Positions 26,086 to 37,225 of a stretch of 64,000 nucleotides of DNA are shown here, in pieces; position 1 is the stretch's first letter; each line of letters starts with the position of its first letter. The position numbers were made by a program, and so were the translations under genes. The DNA comes from an uncultured Gammaproteobacteria bacterium. Its GTDB lineage: Bacteria > Patescibacteriota > Microgenomatia > Levybacterales > GWA1-39-11. The stretch lies in NCBI GenBank assembly GCA_964627245.1, contig CAZVGS010000001.1, forward strand, positions 89,256 to 153,255, written 5' to 3'. The notes under the pieces were generated by a model, which ran no database searches, had not been told where the DNA came from, and saw only the letters and a program-made list of their open reading frames with translations.

Positions 26086-27378
26086 TTATTGCTTCTTGGC
26101 TATAAAATTTCTCTTTCTGAGCAACCTATGATATGTAATTGCAAATCTGTGCGCTTCATCTCTAATCCTTCTTACTAAATTTATTCCTGGTGTTGATTTA
26201 GGAAGTCTGACTTCGGCAAATTCAAGACTCCTAATATTTTTAAGCGGTACTATTATTGTTTCTTCTTTTTTTGCGAGCCCAACAAGAGGAAATTTTACAC
26301 TTTGTGAAGCAAGAGACTTTAGCGCAGCACTTACTTGACCCTTTCCACCATCAATTATTACAAGATCTGGACTTGGCCAATCCTGTTTCTTAAATCTTCT
26401 TGCAAGCATTTCGCTCATCATAAAAAAATCGTCAGGAGTATCTTTTGTTTTTATCTTAAAACGTCTATACTCTGATGACTTTTTATCTCCGTTTTCAAAA
26501 ACAACCATGCTACCTGTAGCGTTTTTTCCCGAAATGTTTGAAATATCATAGCACTCAATTCTTGTAAGTTTTTTAAGATCGGGAAAATAAGGCTTAAGCA
26601 GCTCAACTAGAGATGTTAATTCATTTCTTATCCTTTCATAGTAAAAATCCGGCTTTTCAATGTAATGGAACGGCTCAAAGGTAGAACTCGTTATAAGATT
26701 TATCCTATCTATTCTTTCTTGAACAGCTGATGCATTTTCAAACTCTTCCTTCTTCGAAAAATCATCCCGCTCTTTTACAAGATTATTTATAACAAGCTCT
26801 TTCTTGCCCATCAAAAACTTTTCAATTGAGGAAAGATTTTTTTTGTAAACCTGAAGGTTTTGAGGCTCTGCAGGCACACACGGACAAAGACCAATATGAT
26901 AGTAAAGGCATTTTCTTTTTGGATGATTTTTTACGGATTGATAAGGAAATATTCTTCGGAGTAACCTTAACACTGCTTTAAGAGCCGAAGCATCGGAATA
27001 CGGTCCAAAATACTTTGCATTTTTATCAATTTTTTTTCGTGTAAGTGTAACTGATGGATTTCCATTATTTGTTACTTCAATCATCGGATAAGACTTGTCA
27101 TCAACTAGCTTGATATTGTAAAAAGGTCTGTGCTTTTTTATAAGCTCGGATTCCAGTAAAAAAGCTTCAATCTCAGAGGCTACACTGATAGTTTTAATAT
27201 CCCTAATTTGGCTGACAAGCGTAATGGTCTTTGCATCAAGTGCCTTATTTGAAAAATAGGAAGATACCCGCTTTTTAAGGTCCTTAGCTTTACCTACGTA
27301 TAGAATTTTTCTTTTTTCGTCTTTGAACAAGTAAACTCCCGGTGTGGAAGGTAACTGCCGCAGTAATGATTGATACAC
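26086..27378 (-). CDS. uvrC: Excinuclease ABC subunit C (short form lacking the C-terminal HhH domain)
   Basis: N-terminal GIY-YIG (PGVYLFKDEKRKILYVGKAKDLKKRVSSYF), UvrBC-interaction region and RNase-H-like endonuclease domain (EAHRFAITYHR). 430 aa. Confidence 0.8.
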   Translation of the reverse strand: MYQSLLRQLPSTPGVYLFKDEKRKILYVGKAKDLKKRVSSYFSNKALDAKTITLVSQIRDIKTISVASEIEAFLLESELIKKHRPFYNIKLVDDKSYPMIEVTNNGNPSVTLTRKKIDKNAKYFGPYSDASALKAVLRLLRRIFPYQSVKNHPKRKCLYYHIGLCPCVPAEPQNLQVYKKNLSSIEKFLMGKKELVINNLVKERDDFSKKEEFENASAVQERIDRINLITSSTFEPFHYIEKPDFYYERIRNELTSLVELLKPYFPDLKKLTRIECYDISNISGKNATGSMVVFENGDKKSSEYRRFKIKTKDTPDDFFMMSEMLARRFKKQDWPSPDLVIIDGGKGQVSAALKSLASQSVKFPLVGLAKKEETIIVPLKNIRSLEFAEVRLPKSTPGINLVRRIRDEAHRFAITYHRLLRKRNFIAKKQ

Positions 27379-29128
27379 CTATAATTCCTCCTAATATCAA
27401 AAGAAGTTTTATATCAGGAATAAAAGAAACACTTATATTCTTTTTATATCCCTTCTTTCCAACCTGAATTGTAATTATATATTTATCTTTTGTCAAAATA
27501 GGCGTATCCGAAAATGAGGTGGTTATCTCTTTGTGGCCATAAGGCGGAATATAGCCAATACTGAATTGTCTTTTTGAGCCCGTTGATGTCGTAATGTCTA
27601 CGGTCAAGTCCGAAAGAGGCGTATTCCCCGAGTTCTTAATTGAAACTGTTCCCTGAATTCCAAATTTGGGAAAAACAGCATTTGGAAAAGTATCACTAAT
27701 ACTTACTCCCTCAATCTTCTTAAACTCCTCAGCCGAAGCAAATTCTATTCCAACGTCCTTCGACTCTTTACTAAATTTGTAACCGCCTGCAGGAATTGGA
27801 TATTCACTGTCTTTCCCCTTTATCGCAAAAGCTACATGGGAAAAATCAAGTGAATTAAAATAGTCCATGCCATTTGTCGTATTCCCCCACGTTGGGTCTA
27901 TCATTATCCACTTTTTGCCTTTTGAATCGTAATACTCAGGCCATGCATGCAGTATGTCACTTACCAAAGAAAGCGGTCTTAGCTTCGAGTTGGTTGTATA
28001 AGCAAATCCCTCAACAGCTCTTGCCGGAATTCCGCTGGCTCTTGCGAGAGATATGAAAAGGTCGGTAAATTCTAGACAAACGCTATTTTTTGAGTCAGAA
28101 AGCGCTCCTTTCCCACCCAAGCGCAAATTGTCAGTCGCTATCTTATTTTTGTTATATAAAAGATTTGTTCTGACAAATTCATAAATCTGCTCAGGTGTTT
28201 TAAGGTCTCTGGACACCTCAATTATATCCGGATCGGATGCATCCCAGAATTTTTTACCCACAGTAAATTCCTGCTTTTTTTCATTATCAATATCTTCCAT
28301 CTTTGCCTCTGCAAGAACTTCAACTACACCCTTCACCTCAACCGTCTTTTTTTGCTGTGGCAACAGATTGTATTCCGCTATCCAATTACCATCATAATCT
28401 GCAGTTACGTTAAGCGGGTCTTCTGAGAAGGACGTAACTATAGTATTCTGGTAATTCGTTGTAGGGGGAAGTGCAATCTCAGTTGTTACTGGAAATAAAT
28501 TAGGGTTTGAAATATTGTACTTAAGGTGGAACTTGTAGTATTGCCTTAATCCAAAAAGGATATAAATACCCGACTTTCCAATTTCATTTTTGTCATATTT
28601 CAAAATTTTTGAATTAGCAACTTTTGAAGGTTTAGAAATTTTCGCTACCCCAAAAGTCTCAGGTACAGTAATTTGCGCGTAGTAAGAGTCAAATTCCGAA
28701 AGGTCTTCAATCCCGGGAACAGTAACCTCCCAAACCGACCCCTGTTTTTTTGCAATATCCTTTGTTACGAATTTAATTGTAAATTTATGGGTCTCACCAA
28801 GACCTGCGTACCTTTCCTGAAATGTTAACTTGATACTCTTGTTGTCGGGGTCTTTTGCATCAAAAGTTGCAGGTATTATACCGTCGTCATTGAATGCCTG
28901 AATATTTGATACATCTGAAAAACCTACCTTCATAGTGTAGCTTGGGGTGTAATAAAATTCGGTTTTGTTAGTTATTGATATATCTTGTGTAACCTCAGTT
29001 GACCCTTCTTCATCCACTTCATACAATGCCTCTACGTCAATTTCAAATTGTTCAGCAGCATATGAATTTTGGGGTAAAAAAACAAAAAGAAAAGCAAAAA
29101 GAAAAATTAGATAAAACTTCTTTGCCAT
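27290..29128 (-). CDS. Transglutaminase-like cysteine-protease-domain surface protein with a C-terminal TM anchor
   Basis: Signal peptide; core C(LEFTDLF)...H(AWPEYY)...D(PTWG) transglutaminase triad. C-terminal LLLILGGIIGVSIITAAV + RRKKK. 89-nt out-of-frame overlap with uvrC. Confidence 0.6.
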   Translation of the reverse strand: MAKKFYLIFLFAFLFVFLPQNSYAAEQFEIDVEALYEVDEEGSTEVTQDISITNKTEFYYTPSYTMKVGFSDVSNIQAFNDDGIIPATFDAKDPDNKSIKLTFQERYAGLGETHKFTIKFVTKDIAKKQGSVWEVTVPGIEDLSEFDSYYAQITVPETFGVAKISKPSKVANSKILKYDKNEIGKSGIYILFGLRQYYKFHLKYNISNPNLFPVTTEIALPPTTNYQNTIVTSFSEDPLNVTADYDGNWIAEYNLLPQQKKTVEVKGVVEVLAEAKMEDIDNEKKQEFTVGKKFWDASDPDIIEVSRDLKTPEQIYEFVRTNLLYNKNKIATDNLRLGGKGALSDSKNSVCLEFTDLFISLARASGIPARAVEGFAYTTNSKLRPLSLVSDILHAWPEYYDSKGKKWIMIDPTWGNTTNGMDYFNSLDFSHVAFAIKGKDSEYPIPAGGYKFSKESKDVGIEFASAEEFKKIEGVSISDTFPNAVFPKFGIQGTVSIKNSGNTPLSDLTVDITTSTGSKRQFSIGYIPPYGHKEITTSFSDTPILTKDKYIITIQVGKKGYKKNISVSFIPDIKLLLILGGIIGVSIITAAVTFHTGSLLVQRRKKKNSIRR

Positions 29129-32010
29129 TAGGTCATCTCCTTCGCAAGATATTGCCCCGTGTATGATTCCTTAATTTTTGAAACTTCTTCTGGGGTTCCG
29201 GATGCAATGATATTTCCCCCCTGATCTCCGCCTTCAGGACCCAAGTCGATAATGTAATCCGAATTTTTAATTAAATCCAAATTGTGCTCAATAACAACAA
29301 CCGTATTTCCTTTATCAACTAACCGCCTAAGAACAAGTATTAGTTTTTCGAGATCTGCAAAGTGGAGACCGGTTGTTGGCTCATCCAAAACGTATAGAGA
29401 CCCGCCTCCTCCTTTTTTCGAAAGCTCCGAAGCAAGTTTTATTCTTTGAGCTTCTCCCCCTGATAAGGTTGTAGCAGGCTGACCAAGTCTAATGTATGAA
29501 AGCCCTACCTCTTTAAGAGTTGTCAATCTTGAGGAAAGCGGCTCATGGAAGGAGAAAAAAGGGATAGCTTCTTCAACTGACATGTTGAGTATTTCTGAGA
29601 TATTTTTTCCCTCAAACTGAATTTCCAAGGTGTCTTGAGTGTATCTCGTTCCGTTGCATGATTCGCATTTAACATAAACGTCAGACAAAAATTGCATTTC
29701 TATTTTTATCTGACCTTCACCCTCGCAAGTCTCACATCTTCCTCCTTTAACGTTGAATGAAAACCTCCCTGGACCATACCCCCTCATCCTTGCATCTCTT
29801 GAATTTGCAAATATATCTCTAATATATGTGAATGCTCCCGTGTACGTTGCAGGGTTTGACCTTGGAGTTCTACCTATAGGACTTTGATCTATCATAAATA
29901 TTCTTTTTATCTCATCTTGTCCTGTAATCTCATCGAATTTACCCGGTCTTTCTTTATGGAACGGATTTTTGTAATGCGCAATCGCATGATAAAAGACATC
30001 ATTTATAAGCGTTGACTTTCCGCTTCCCGAAACACCGGTTATACAGATGAATTTGCCTAAAGGAAACTTTACGTTAACATTCTTTAAGTTGTGCTCGGAT
30101 ACTCCCGTTAAGGTTATATACCTTTGACTCTCGGGCTCAATAAGCTTTTCCTTTTTTATTTTTATCTTTACCTTTCCGGATAGATACTGACCGGTAATAG
30201 ACTTGTCGTCATTGATGATTTGTTTTGGAGTACCGTGCGCGATAATATGTCCCCCATGTTCTCCCGCCCCGGGGCCGAAATCAAATATATAATCGCTCTC
30301 TTCCATCATTTCTTTATCATGTTCCACAACCAAAACACTATTTCCAATATCCCTCAAGTGCTTTAGTGTGCCTATCAATTTAGTATTGTCTCTCGGATGA
30401 AGTCCTATGGAGGGCTCGTCCAAAACGTACAAAACACCCGACAGACCGCTTCCTATCTGCGACGCTAGCCTGATCCTTTGCGCTTCTCCTCCTGCCAATG
30501 ACTCGGCTGATCTTGAAAGTGTCAAATAGGAAAGACCGACATCGAATAAAAATTTAAGACGGGAATTGATCTCCTTTAGAATTATTGTCGCTATTTCAAG
30601 CTCCTTTCCGCTTAGCTTTTTATCAAGATTTTTCATAAAATCATAACAATTCTCAATAGACATATCCGATACTTCAACAATTGACTTGTCAAGTATAGTC
30701 ACAGCCAGTGATTCGACCTTTAGTCTGGCACCAAGACACATATCGCATATTTTTGCTGTCATAAATTTTTGGATTTCTTTTTTAATAAGCTCACTGTCAG
30801 TCTCTAAATACCTTGCCTGCAAATATCCGACAACTCCGGGATAAGGCTCATAAATGGAAGTGTTTTCCCCAAACCTGTTGCGCCCCTTAACCTTGTAAAC
30901 CCTATCCCCTGTGCCGTAAAGAATTATTTTCTTCTGCTCGTGAGTTAATGTCATGATAAGATCAGTCATCGGTATATCATTTTCCTCAAATGCGGTTTTT
31001 AGAGTTCTTGTAAGCCAGGTGTCTCTATCATATAGATTGGCAAAAGCCAAAATCCCGCCCTCTGCAATCGTCAGGTTGGGATTTAAGACCAAATCTTCAT
31101 CAACAGTCATAATAGTCCCAAGACCGTTACACTCGGGACACGCACCAAAGGGGGAGTTGAAGGAAAAAATCCTCGGCTCAATTTTTGGCATAGGCGTAGC
31201 ATCATACGGGCATGCAAACTTCTCAGAATAAAAAGTGTCCTCCATTTCAGCCGGATACTCGGGAAAACTAAAGCTTTTATCGTTTACTTTTGCAACTATT
31301 ACCTCGCCATTTCCAAGTGCTAAAGCCTGCTCCACAGAATCCAGTATCCTTTGTCTTTCATAATTTTTATCCAAAATTATCTTGTCAACAACCGCTTCAA
31401 TGCTGTGCTTGTTGGTCTTTATGAGGGAAATGTCCGAAGAAAGACTTAATACTTTTCCGTCAATTCTTACTTGCTGAAAAGATCTTTTCCGAAGATCCTT
31501 AAATAAATCAACGTACTCTCCTTTTCTTCCGGATACAATTGGAGACAGAATCATGATCTTGACTGGATGAACAAGCGCAAATTTCGAAATTATTTCTTCA
31601 ACTATTTTTTCCTTTGTAGTTCTTGTAATCTCACGCCCGCACTTAGGACAGTGAGGGTGTCCGATACGGGCATATAAAAGTCTTAAATAATCATATATCT
31701 CAGTAACCGTTCCAACTGTTGATCTGGGATTGTGTGAAGTTGTCTTTTGATCGATTGAAATTGCAGGGGACAGACCTTCAATAAAATCCACATTGGGCTT
31801 CTTCATAATACCCAAAAACTGCCGGGCATATGACGAAAGACTTTCAACATATCGGCGCTGTCCTTCCGCATAAATCGTGTCAAAAGCAAGGGACGACTTT
31901 CCGCTTCCTGAAAGTCCTGTAAAGACGACTAATTTGTCTTTGGGAATTTCGATATCGATATTTTTAAGATTGTGTTCCCTTGCTCCTTTAATTATTATTT
32001 TTTTCTCCAT
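29128..32010 (-). CDS. uvrA: Excinuclease ABC subunit A
   Basis: [23 protein letters not shown], two ABC ATPase modules (GLSGSGKSS; GVSGSGKST), zinc-finger Cys pairs. Start placed at the conserved Met (32010) rather than the ORF-track start at 32046. Confidence 0.9.
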   Translation of the reverse strand: MEKKIIIKGAREHNLKNIDIEIPKDKLVVFTGLSGSGKSSLAFDTIYAEGQRRYVESLSSYARQFLGIMKKPNVDFIEGLSPAISIDQKTTSHNPRSTVGTVTEIYDYLRLLYARIGHPHCPKCGREITRTTKEKIVEEIISKFALVHPVKIMILSPIVSGRKGEYVDLFKDLRKRSFQQVRIDGKVLSLSSDISLIKTNKHSIEAVVDKIILDKNYERQRILDSVEQALALGNGEVIVAKVNDKSFSFPEYPAEMEDTFYSEKFACPYDATPMPKIEPRIFSFNSPFGACPECNGLGTIMTVDEDLVLNPNLTIAEGGILAFANLYDRDTWLTRTLKTAFEENDIPMTDLIMTLTHEQKKIILYGTGDRVYKVKGRNRFGENTSIYEPYPGVVGYLQARYLETDSELIKKEIQKFMTAKICDMCLGARLKVESLAVTILDKSIVEVSDMSIENCYDFMKNLDKKLSGKELEIATIILKEINSRLKFLFDVGLSYLTLSRSAESLAGGEAQRIRLASQIGSGLSGVLYVLDEPSIGLHPRDNTKLIGTLKHLRDIGNSVLVVEHDKEMMEESDYIFDFGPGAGEHGGHIIAHGTPKQIINDDKSITGQYLSGKVKIKIKKEKLIEPESQRYITLTGVSEHNLKNVNVKFPLGKFICITGVSGSGKSTLINDVFYHAIAHYKNPFHKERPGKFDEITGQDEIKRIFMIDQSPIGRTPRSNPATYTGAFTYIRDIFANSRDARMRGYGPGRFSFNVKGGRCETCEGEGQIKIEMQFLSDVYVKCESCNGTRYTQDTLEIQFEGKNISEILNMSVEEAIPFFSFHEPLSSRLTTLKEVGLSYIRLGQPATTLSGGEAQRIKLASELSKKGGGGSLYVLDEPTTGLHFADLEKLILVLRRLVDKGNTVVVIEHNLDLIKNSDYIIDLGPEGGDQGGNIIASGTPEEVSKIKESYTGQYLAKEMT

Positions 32011-32085
32011 GAAACGAGAGGATGATCCGGCAAAGTGTCCGGACAAAGTTAACTATTGTACACCCAAATGAGGACAAACTTCAAG

Positions 32086-33360
32086 CTATGCTGCGTGATC
32101 CCAGGTGTATCCGCGGAATTGGATCTGTGGTTTATCAGTTATTTCTCCAGCTATTGCCGCTTCTTGTCCTTCATCTTCCGCCATGTTTACCACTTTTCTT
32201 GCTTCCGCAATATTTTCTGTAACTACCAAAAGTCCAATCCCTCTATTCCATTGCTGACATGCAATTCTATCATTTAGATTAACTTCTTCTGCAAGTTTTG
32301 CGGGCAACTCGCTCGCAAGCTTCATAAGTGAAACAACAGCTGGGGGATCAGGAAATACAGCATCCACCGCAGCTCCAAGTCCATGCGGTTCGACCATCCT
32401 TTTGGCTTTTTCAGGAACTCCACCTCCCGAGATGTGCGCTACTCCGGTAATATTTACATTTGAAGGTTCGTCAATATTGCCTAACAAAGAATACATCACT
32501 CTCCCATAAAGTTTTGAGGGTAATAAAAGCTCTCTTGCTATTTCAGGATTTTTAACATGCCAAGGAGTCAATACCTGCTCAATTGTATCATGTCCAAAAA
32601 CTCTTTCCAAAGTGCCCGCAAGCCTATCCCTATCATTTACAGTAACAGCCTCATCGCGTTCTAATTCTTGAACGATATAATCAAGCTTTTCATCTAACCC
32701 AAGACTTGCTAAAAAAACTGCTTCTGCAATGCTTCGTGCTTTTGTTAATCCATTAGATCTTATTGATTTTTCTCCAAATGCAACAATGGGTTGCCCTGGT
32801 TTTAGCCTATCACCCAATATCAGTTTATCTTTGTTAAAAATACTGATAGCAACAGCATTCCAGTTGAGTCTGTCTTTCCCATATCCGCTGGTTCTGTAAC
32901 CAAGCTCAGCAGTCTCTCCATTTAAGATAGCGACTTGTTCTTCATTTGCTGCTTCACGCAAACCTCTCGCAGCATTTGAAGCAATATCGGGATTTTTAGC
33001 ATTGTTTACGTCAAAAATATTTGCAACTCCAACCGGGTATCTGCCAAATCGCCACTCGTCTGTAGTTACCATTGCGAGCAGATCCCTTGCAACTGATCTA
33101 AATAACTCAGGCTCTGGCTTGCCTGTCAACAAACTTAAATCATAAAGTCTTTCAGCCATTTCAGGCTTTGTACCTACACCATCTGCTGTTGGCCAAAATT
33201 CATAAGGAAAAAGGTTTATTCCAGCAATTGTGTAGTGAGGTGTTTCTAGATAAATGTTTGGTCGAAATCTTTTATCAGGAAAGTTGTTTGCGGTCTGTTT
33301 TATAACACCCCCAAATGTAATAGAGGCCAGCGCCTTCTCGTCATGTTGAATCTCATTCAT
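32086..33360 (-). CDS. PurM-superfamily (AIR-synthase-related) protein
   Basis: 424 aa with an ADGVGTK motif at about residue 60 and a Gly-rich C-terminal half, as in the PurM/HypE/SelD/ThiL fold. Exact function unclear. Confidence 0.45.
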   Translation of the reverse strand: MNEIQHDEKALASITFGGVIKQTANNFPDKRFRPNIYLETPHYTIAGINLFPYEFWPTADGVGTKPEMAERLYDLSLLTGKPEPELFRSVARDLLAMVTTDEWRFGRYPVGVANIFDVNNAKNPDIASNAARGLREAANEEQVAILNGETAELGYRTSGYGKDRLNWNAVAISIFNKDKLILGDRLKPGQPIVAFGEKSIRSNGLTKARSIAEAVFLASLGLDEKLDYIVQELERDEAVTVNDRDRLAGTLERVFGHDTIEQVLTPWHVKNPEIARELLLPSKLYGRVMYSLLGNIDEPSNVNITGVAHISGGGVPEKAKRMVEPHGLGAAVDAVFPDPPAVVSLMKLASELPAKLAEEVNLNDRIACQQWNRGIGLLVVTENIAEARKVVNMAEDEGQEAAIAGEITDKPQIQFRGYTWDHAA

Positions 33361-33417
33361 CGCAAAGGGGCAATTTGGAGTTAGTATAGATTATTGATAA
33401 TTCTTTGTAAATAGCTC

Positions 33418-34392
33418 TCATTTCCAAATTTTTTCAGTCGCGGCTAAACCTTTTTTACCAAGATTTAACCAGTGGTTATTTTCTTTAGAATCACGGCCTT
33501 CTTCTTTTTCCCTGGTTGCACGAATAACGTGCATAGCATGGGAAAGCTTTATAAATAAAGGCAAAACTTCTAATTCTTTTTTTGTCAGCTTTTCGTATTT
33601 TTGATATTCTTCAAGAAGCAATTTGTAATATTTTTCAACTCCTATTTTACCTGTTGGATCAAACATAACATCGCACATAAGCACTGCAAGCTCAACAATT
33701 CTTGGATAGAAATTCGCGACAGAATAATCGACGAAGTATATTTTTTCTTTAGATTTTATGATATTCGTACTTATTAAATCACCATGCACTAATGCGTGGG
33801 GCAGTGCTTTCACATCAAACTTATCAAACTCATCCTTCAACTTATCAAGAACTGCCAAATCATCCTCAGACAAATACTTTCTTGCCTTTTTCAATTCGTT
33901 ATTAAAATTAATAAGTGCCCAGCTGTCATAAAGAGGCGCCGGTTTATAATCAATTTTATTTGAGATAGCAGCCATTTTTATTATTTCTTTAAGATCGTCT
34001 AAAGCCGGGTTCTTTTTTAATTCATAGTAAGTTTTTCCTTCAATCCATTCAAATACTGCAAGCCTTATATTGAATTGCTCATATTGGTTTCTAAAAATAT
34101 AACCCACATCTCTTTTCAAAAATTGCGGATGGGAAATTCCCTTATCAAGGGCACTTTTTATGACATTAATAAGCCGTAGGCATTCTGCATCATCACGGTT
34201 GTCCGCGAAAATTTTTACAAAGTAGTTACCTTTTGAGGTAATAAGCTTTATATTTACGTCTTCGTATCCTGCTTTTATAAATCCAAAATCCAAAAAACTC
34301 CCGATTTTATAAGAACTTGAAACATCACTCAGAAGCTCGCTAAATTCTCCTTGAAAATTTATTCTATTACGAAGATGTGGGGGTATATTCAC
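33418..34392 (-). CDS. Phosphotransferase of the APH/choline-kinase fold
   Basis: 324 aa. LVHGDLISTNII...YFVDYS (Brenner HGDxxxxN motif plus a D-x-S metal-binding loop). Confidence 0.55.
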   Translation of the reverse strand: MNIPPHLRNRINFQGEFSELLSDVSSSYKIGSFLDFGFIKAGYEDVNIKLITSKGNYFVKIFADNRDDAECLRLINVIKSALDKGISHPQFLKRDVGYIFRNQYEQFNIRLAVFEWIEGKTYYELKKNPALDDLKEIIKMAAISNKIDYKPAPLYDSWALINFNNELKKARKYLSEDDLAVLDKLKDEFDKFDVKALPHALVHGDLISTNIIKSKEKIYFVDYSVANFYPRIVELAVLMCDVMFDPTGKIGVEKYYKLLLEEYQKYEKLTKKELEVLPLFIKLSHAMHVIRATREKEEGRDSKENNHWLNLGKKGLAATEKIWK

Positions 34393-34416
34393 ACTCCATT
34401 ATAGCATACTTTGAAG

Positions 34417-36390
34417 CTAATTTTGCTGCAGGAATTTAACCTTATCACGAATAAGCGCTGCGGTTTCAAAATCAAGGTCTTTGGCGGCTGCTATCATTTC
34501 TTTTCTCAAACTCTTTATCAGCTTCTCCTTTTCGTCAGGAAGCAAAACATCTTTTTCAATTAATGGCTTTAGGTCTTCCAAAATTCTTTCGCGCTCAATT
34601 AATTTTGCCCGTATCTCCTTTTCGACTGTTTTGGCAGTTATCCCATGGTCTTTGTTGTACTTTAGCTGATACTCCCGCCTTCTATTAACTTCCCCAATTG
34701 CTTCTTCCATGGATCCTGTCACATTATCCGCATATAGAATAACGTGTGAATCAACTCTTCTTGCCCCCCTTCCCATTATTTGAATGAGTGAACTTTTTGA
34801 ACGTAAAAACCCTTCCTTGTCAGCATCCAAAATTGCAACTAACCCCACTTCAGGAAGATCAAGACCTTCTCGAAGCAGATTTATACCGACCAATACGTCA
34901 TACACACCGGATCTCAAATCATCCAAAACGTCCTGTCTTGATAAAGTATCAACATCCGAATGAAGATAATTAACCTTTATTCCTTTTTCCTCTAAATATG
35001 TCGTCAAGTCTTCAGACATCCTTTTGGTCAATGTGTTGACGAGCACTCTTTCACCTTTTTTAATTACTCTTTCAATCTCTATTATCAAATCCTGTATCTG
35101 CCCTTCTGTTGATCTGACTTCTATTTCCGGGTCTACAACACCTGTCGGTCTTATCAATTGCTCCGCAATATTTTCTTTCCCCGATTTTTCGATTTCATAA
35201 TCACTTGGGGTTGCTGACATATAGATTGTCCGCTTCACTTTCGGCCAGAACTCCTCTGCCTTAAGAGGTCTGTTGTCGTATGCTGCAGGAAGCCGGAAGC
35301 CGTAATCAATCAATGTCGTTTTTCTTGCTCTATCCCCGTTATACATTCCTCTAACTTGCGGAATAGTCATGTGGGATTCATCCATTACAAGCAGCCAGTC
35401 TTTTGATACTTGGTTGAAGAATTCTAAAAGGGAATATGGAGGATCACCAGGGGATCTCCCGTCAAAATACCGTGAGTAATTTTCAATACCGTTGACATAG
35501 CCCAATTCTTTGATCATCTTAAGGTCATATTCAGTTCTTTGTCTGATTCTTTGCGCCTCAACCAATTTACCTGCTTTTTCAAACTTTTTGACCTGTCCTT
35601 TCATGTCAGATCTTATTTCATCAAACACCCTCTCGTATGTCGATGCATCCGTTACATAATGCTTGGCCGGATAAATAATGACTTCTTTTTCTTCTTTTAC
35701 TATGTCCCCTGTCAAAGGGTCTACCTGCTCAATTTTTTCAATAAAATCCCCATTGAAAGTAATCCTGAACGACTTGTCTTCATAGCCCGGTATTATTTCA
35801 ACAACATCTCCCCTGACCCGAAAAGTGCTTCTTGTGAAATTGTAATCATTTCTTTGATACATCAGATCCAAAAGCCTGTCTACGACTGAAGTGCGTGTTA
35901 TTTTCTCACCTATTGCGACGCGAAGAGTTAGCTTGCCGTATTCATCAGGAGAACCTAGATTGTATATGCACGACACTGATGCAACAACAATTGTGTCAGG
36001 TCTTGTCATTAGATTGGTTGTTGCTGCGAGCCTGAGCTTGTCAATCTCGTCATTTATTTCTGTCTCCTTTGCAATATATGTATCGGTTGTCGGAATATAC
36101 GCCTCTGGCTGGTAGTAGTCATAGTAAGAAACGAAATATGATACAGCATTATTGGGAAAAAAATCCCTCAACTCCTGATAAAGCTGAGCAGCAAGCGTTT
36201 TGTTGTGAGACATGACCAAGGTCGGTCTCCCGTAATTTTTGATGACATTAGCGATTGTATAAGTCTTTCCGCTTCCCGTAACCCCAAGGAGAACTTGATC
36301 TTTTTTATTTTTTTCCAAACCAGAAGATAATTTTGCAATGGCATTTGGCTGGTCTCCGGTTGGCTTGTATTTGCTTACTAAGTCAAACAT
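34417..36390 (-). CDS. uvrB: Excinuclease ABC subunit B
   Basis: 657 aa. N-terminus KPTGDQPNAIAKL, helicase motifs (GVTGSGKT, DESH), C-terminal UVR domain. Confidence 0.9.
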   Translation of the reverse strand: MFDLVSKYKPTGDQPNAIAKLSSGLEKNKKDQVLLGVTGSGKTYTIANVIKNYGRPTLVMSHNKTLAAQLYQELRDFFPNNAVSYFVSYYDYYQPEAYIPTTDTYIAKETEINDEIDKLRLAATTNLMTRPDTIVVASVSCIYNLGSPDEYGKLTLRVAIGEKITRTSVVDRLLDLMYQRNDYNFTRSTFRVRGDVVEIIPGYEDKSFRITFNGDFIEKIEQVDPLTGDIVKEEKEVIIYPAKHYVTDASTYERVFDEIRSDMKGQVKKFEKAGKLVEAQRIRQRTEYDLKMIKELGYVNGIENYSRYFDGRSPGDPPYSLLEFFNQVSKDWLLVMDESHMTIPQVRGMYNGDRARKTTLIDYGFRLPAAYDNRPLKAEEFWPKVKRTIYMSATPSDYEIEKSGKENIAEQLIRPTGVVDPEIEVRSTEGQIQDLIIEIERVIKKGERVLVNTLTKRMSEDLTTYLEEKGIKVNYLHSDVDTLSRQDVLDDLRSGVYDVLVGINLLREGLDLPEVGLVAILDADKEGFLRSKSSLIQIMGRGARRVDSHVILYADNVTGSMEEAIGEVNRRREYQLKYNKDHGITAKTVEKEIRAKLIERERILEDLKPLIEKDVLLPDEKEKLIKSLRKEMIAAAKDLDFETAALIRDKVKFLQQN

Positions 36391-36497
36391 AATTCTTTAT
36401 AAAGTTAACTTATAATTATAGCACAAATTTGAGGCTATACTACATTTGGTAAGATACCAAACTCAATACTGATATAGTTTGTAGTAATTTGCATATC

Positions 36498-36527
36498 TTG
36501 ACATACTTCTACTTTTTTTCGTATAAA
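36498..36527 (+). promoter_or_regulatory. lexA promoter (TTGACA-18-TATAAA) with a downstream palindrome TGTAGTT-n11-AACTACA (36533-36557) as a candidate operator
   Basis: -35 at 36498-36503, -10 at 36522-36527. The inverted repeat lies between the -10 and the ATG. Confidence 0.45.
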
Positions 36528-36571
36528 TTTAGTGTAGTTTACTAATAATTAACTACAACTTTTTTCTAATT

Positions 36572-37225
36572 ATGACAGCAGTTCTTTACAGACGAGAGCG
36601 TGAACTTTTAACATTTATCTGGCAATTCCAGGAAAGGAATGGGTACTCTCCTACTCTTCGTGAAATGGCAGATGCCATGAACAGACGGGCACCTTCAACA
36701 ATTCATTCACTCATTAGAGGGTTGGTGGAAAAAGGTTATCTTCAAAAAGTCGACGGAAATATGCGTACCCTAAAAATTCTCAAGAAAGAACAAATCGGTG
36801 CGCTCATTGGAGAAAAACTCAAAGGAGTAGGAACAACCATATCGCTACCTTTAATGGGCTATATTGCCGCGGGAGCACCCCTAGAACCCCATTCTGACCC
36901 TGAAGCCTCACTTGACGTAGCGTCATCAATGATATCGGGCAAAAAAACCTCATATGCTCTCCAAGTAAAAGGAAATTCTATGATAGAGGATGGGATATTT
37001 GACGGGGACTTTGTAGTTGTTGAGAAGACCGATGTCTGTAGCGAGGGAGATATTGTTGTAGCGTTGGTGGATGACAGCCTGGCGACTTTAAAAAGGTTTT
37101 ATAAAAAAGACGGCAGAATAGTTCTTATGCCTTCAAATAGCGAAATGGATCCAATTTATCCGAATGAATGCCGAATACAAGGAGTTGTTACAGGGCTTGT
37201 CAGGAAGTTTGGAACAGTCAACTAA
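36572..37225 (+). CDS. lexA: SOS repressor LexA (S24 autopeptidase)
   Basis: N-terminal winged HTH. Cleavage-site region AAGAPL, GNSM Ser, and the Lys of the catalytic dyad in ...LKRFYKKDGRIVLMPSN. Confidence 0.85.
   Translation: MTAVLYRRERELLTFIWQFQERNGYSPTLREMADAMNRRAPSTIHSLIRGLVEKGYLQKVDGNMRTLKILKKEQIGALIGEKLKGVGTTISLPLMGYIAAGAPLEPHSDPEASLDVASSMISGKKTSYALQVKGNSMIEDGIFDGDFVVVEKTDVCSEGDIVVALVDDSLATLKRFYKKDGRIVLMPSNSEMDPIYPNECRIQGVVTGLVRKFGTVN

Noticed and set aside
32022-32277. Small plus-strand ORFs (32022..32222, 32056..32277) and the uvrA start at 32046
   Set aside because: They overlap the uvrA start / PurM-like gene on the opposite strand and have no coding signature. The uvrA start was moved to 32010 ([17 protein letters not shown]).
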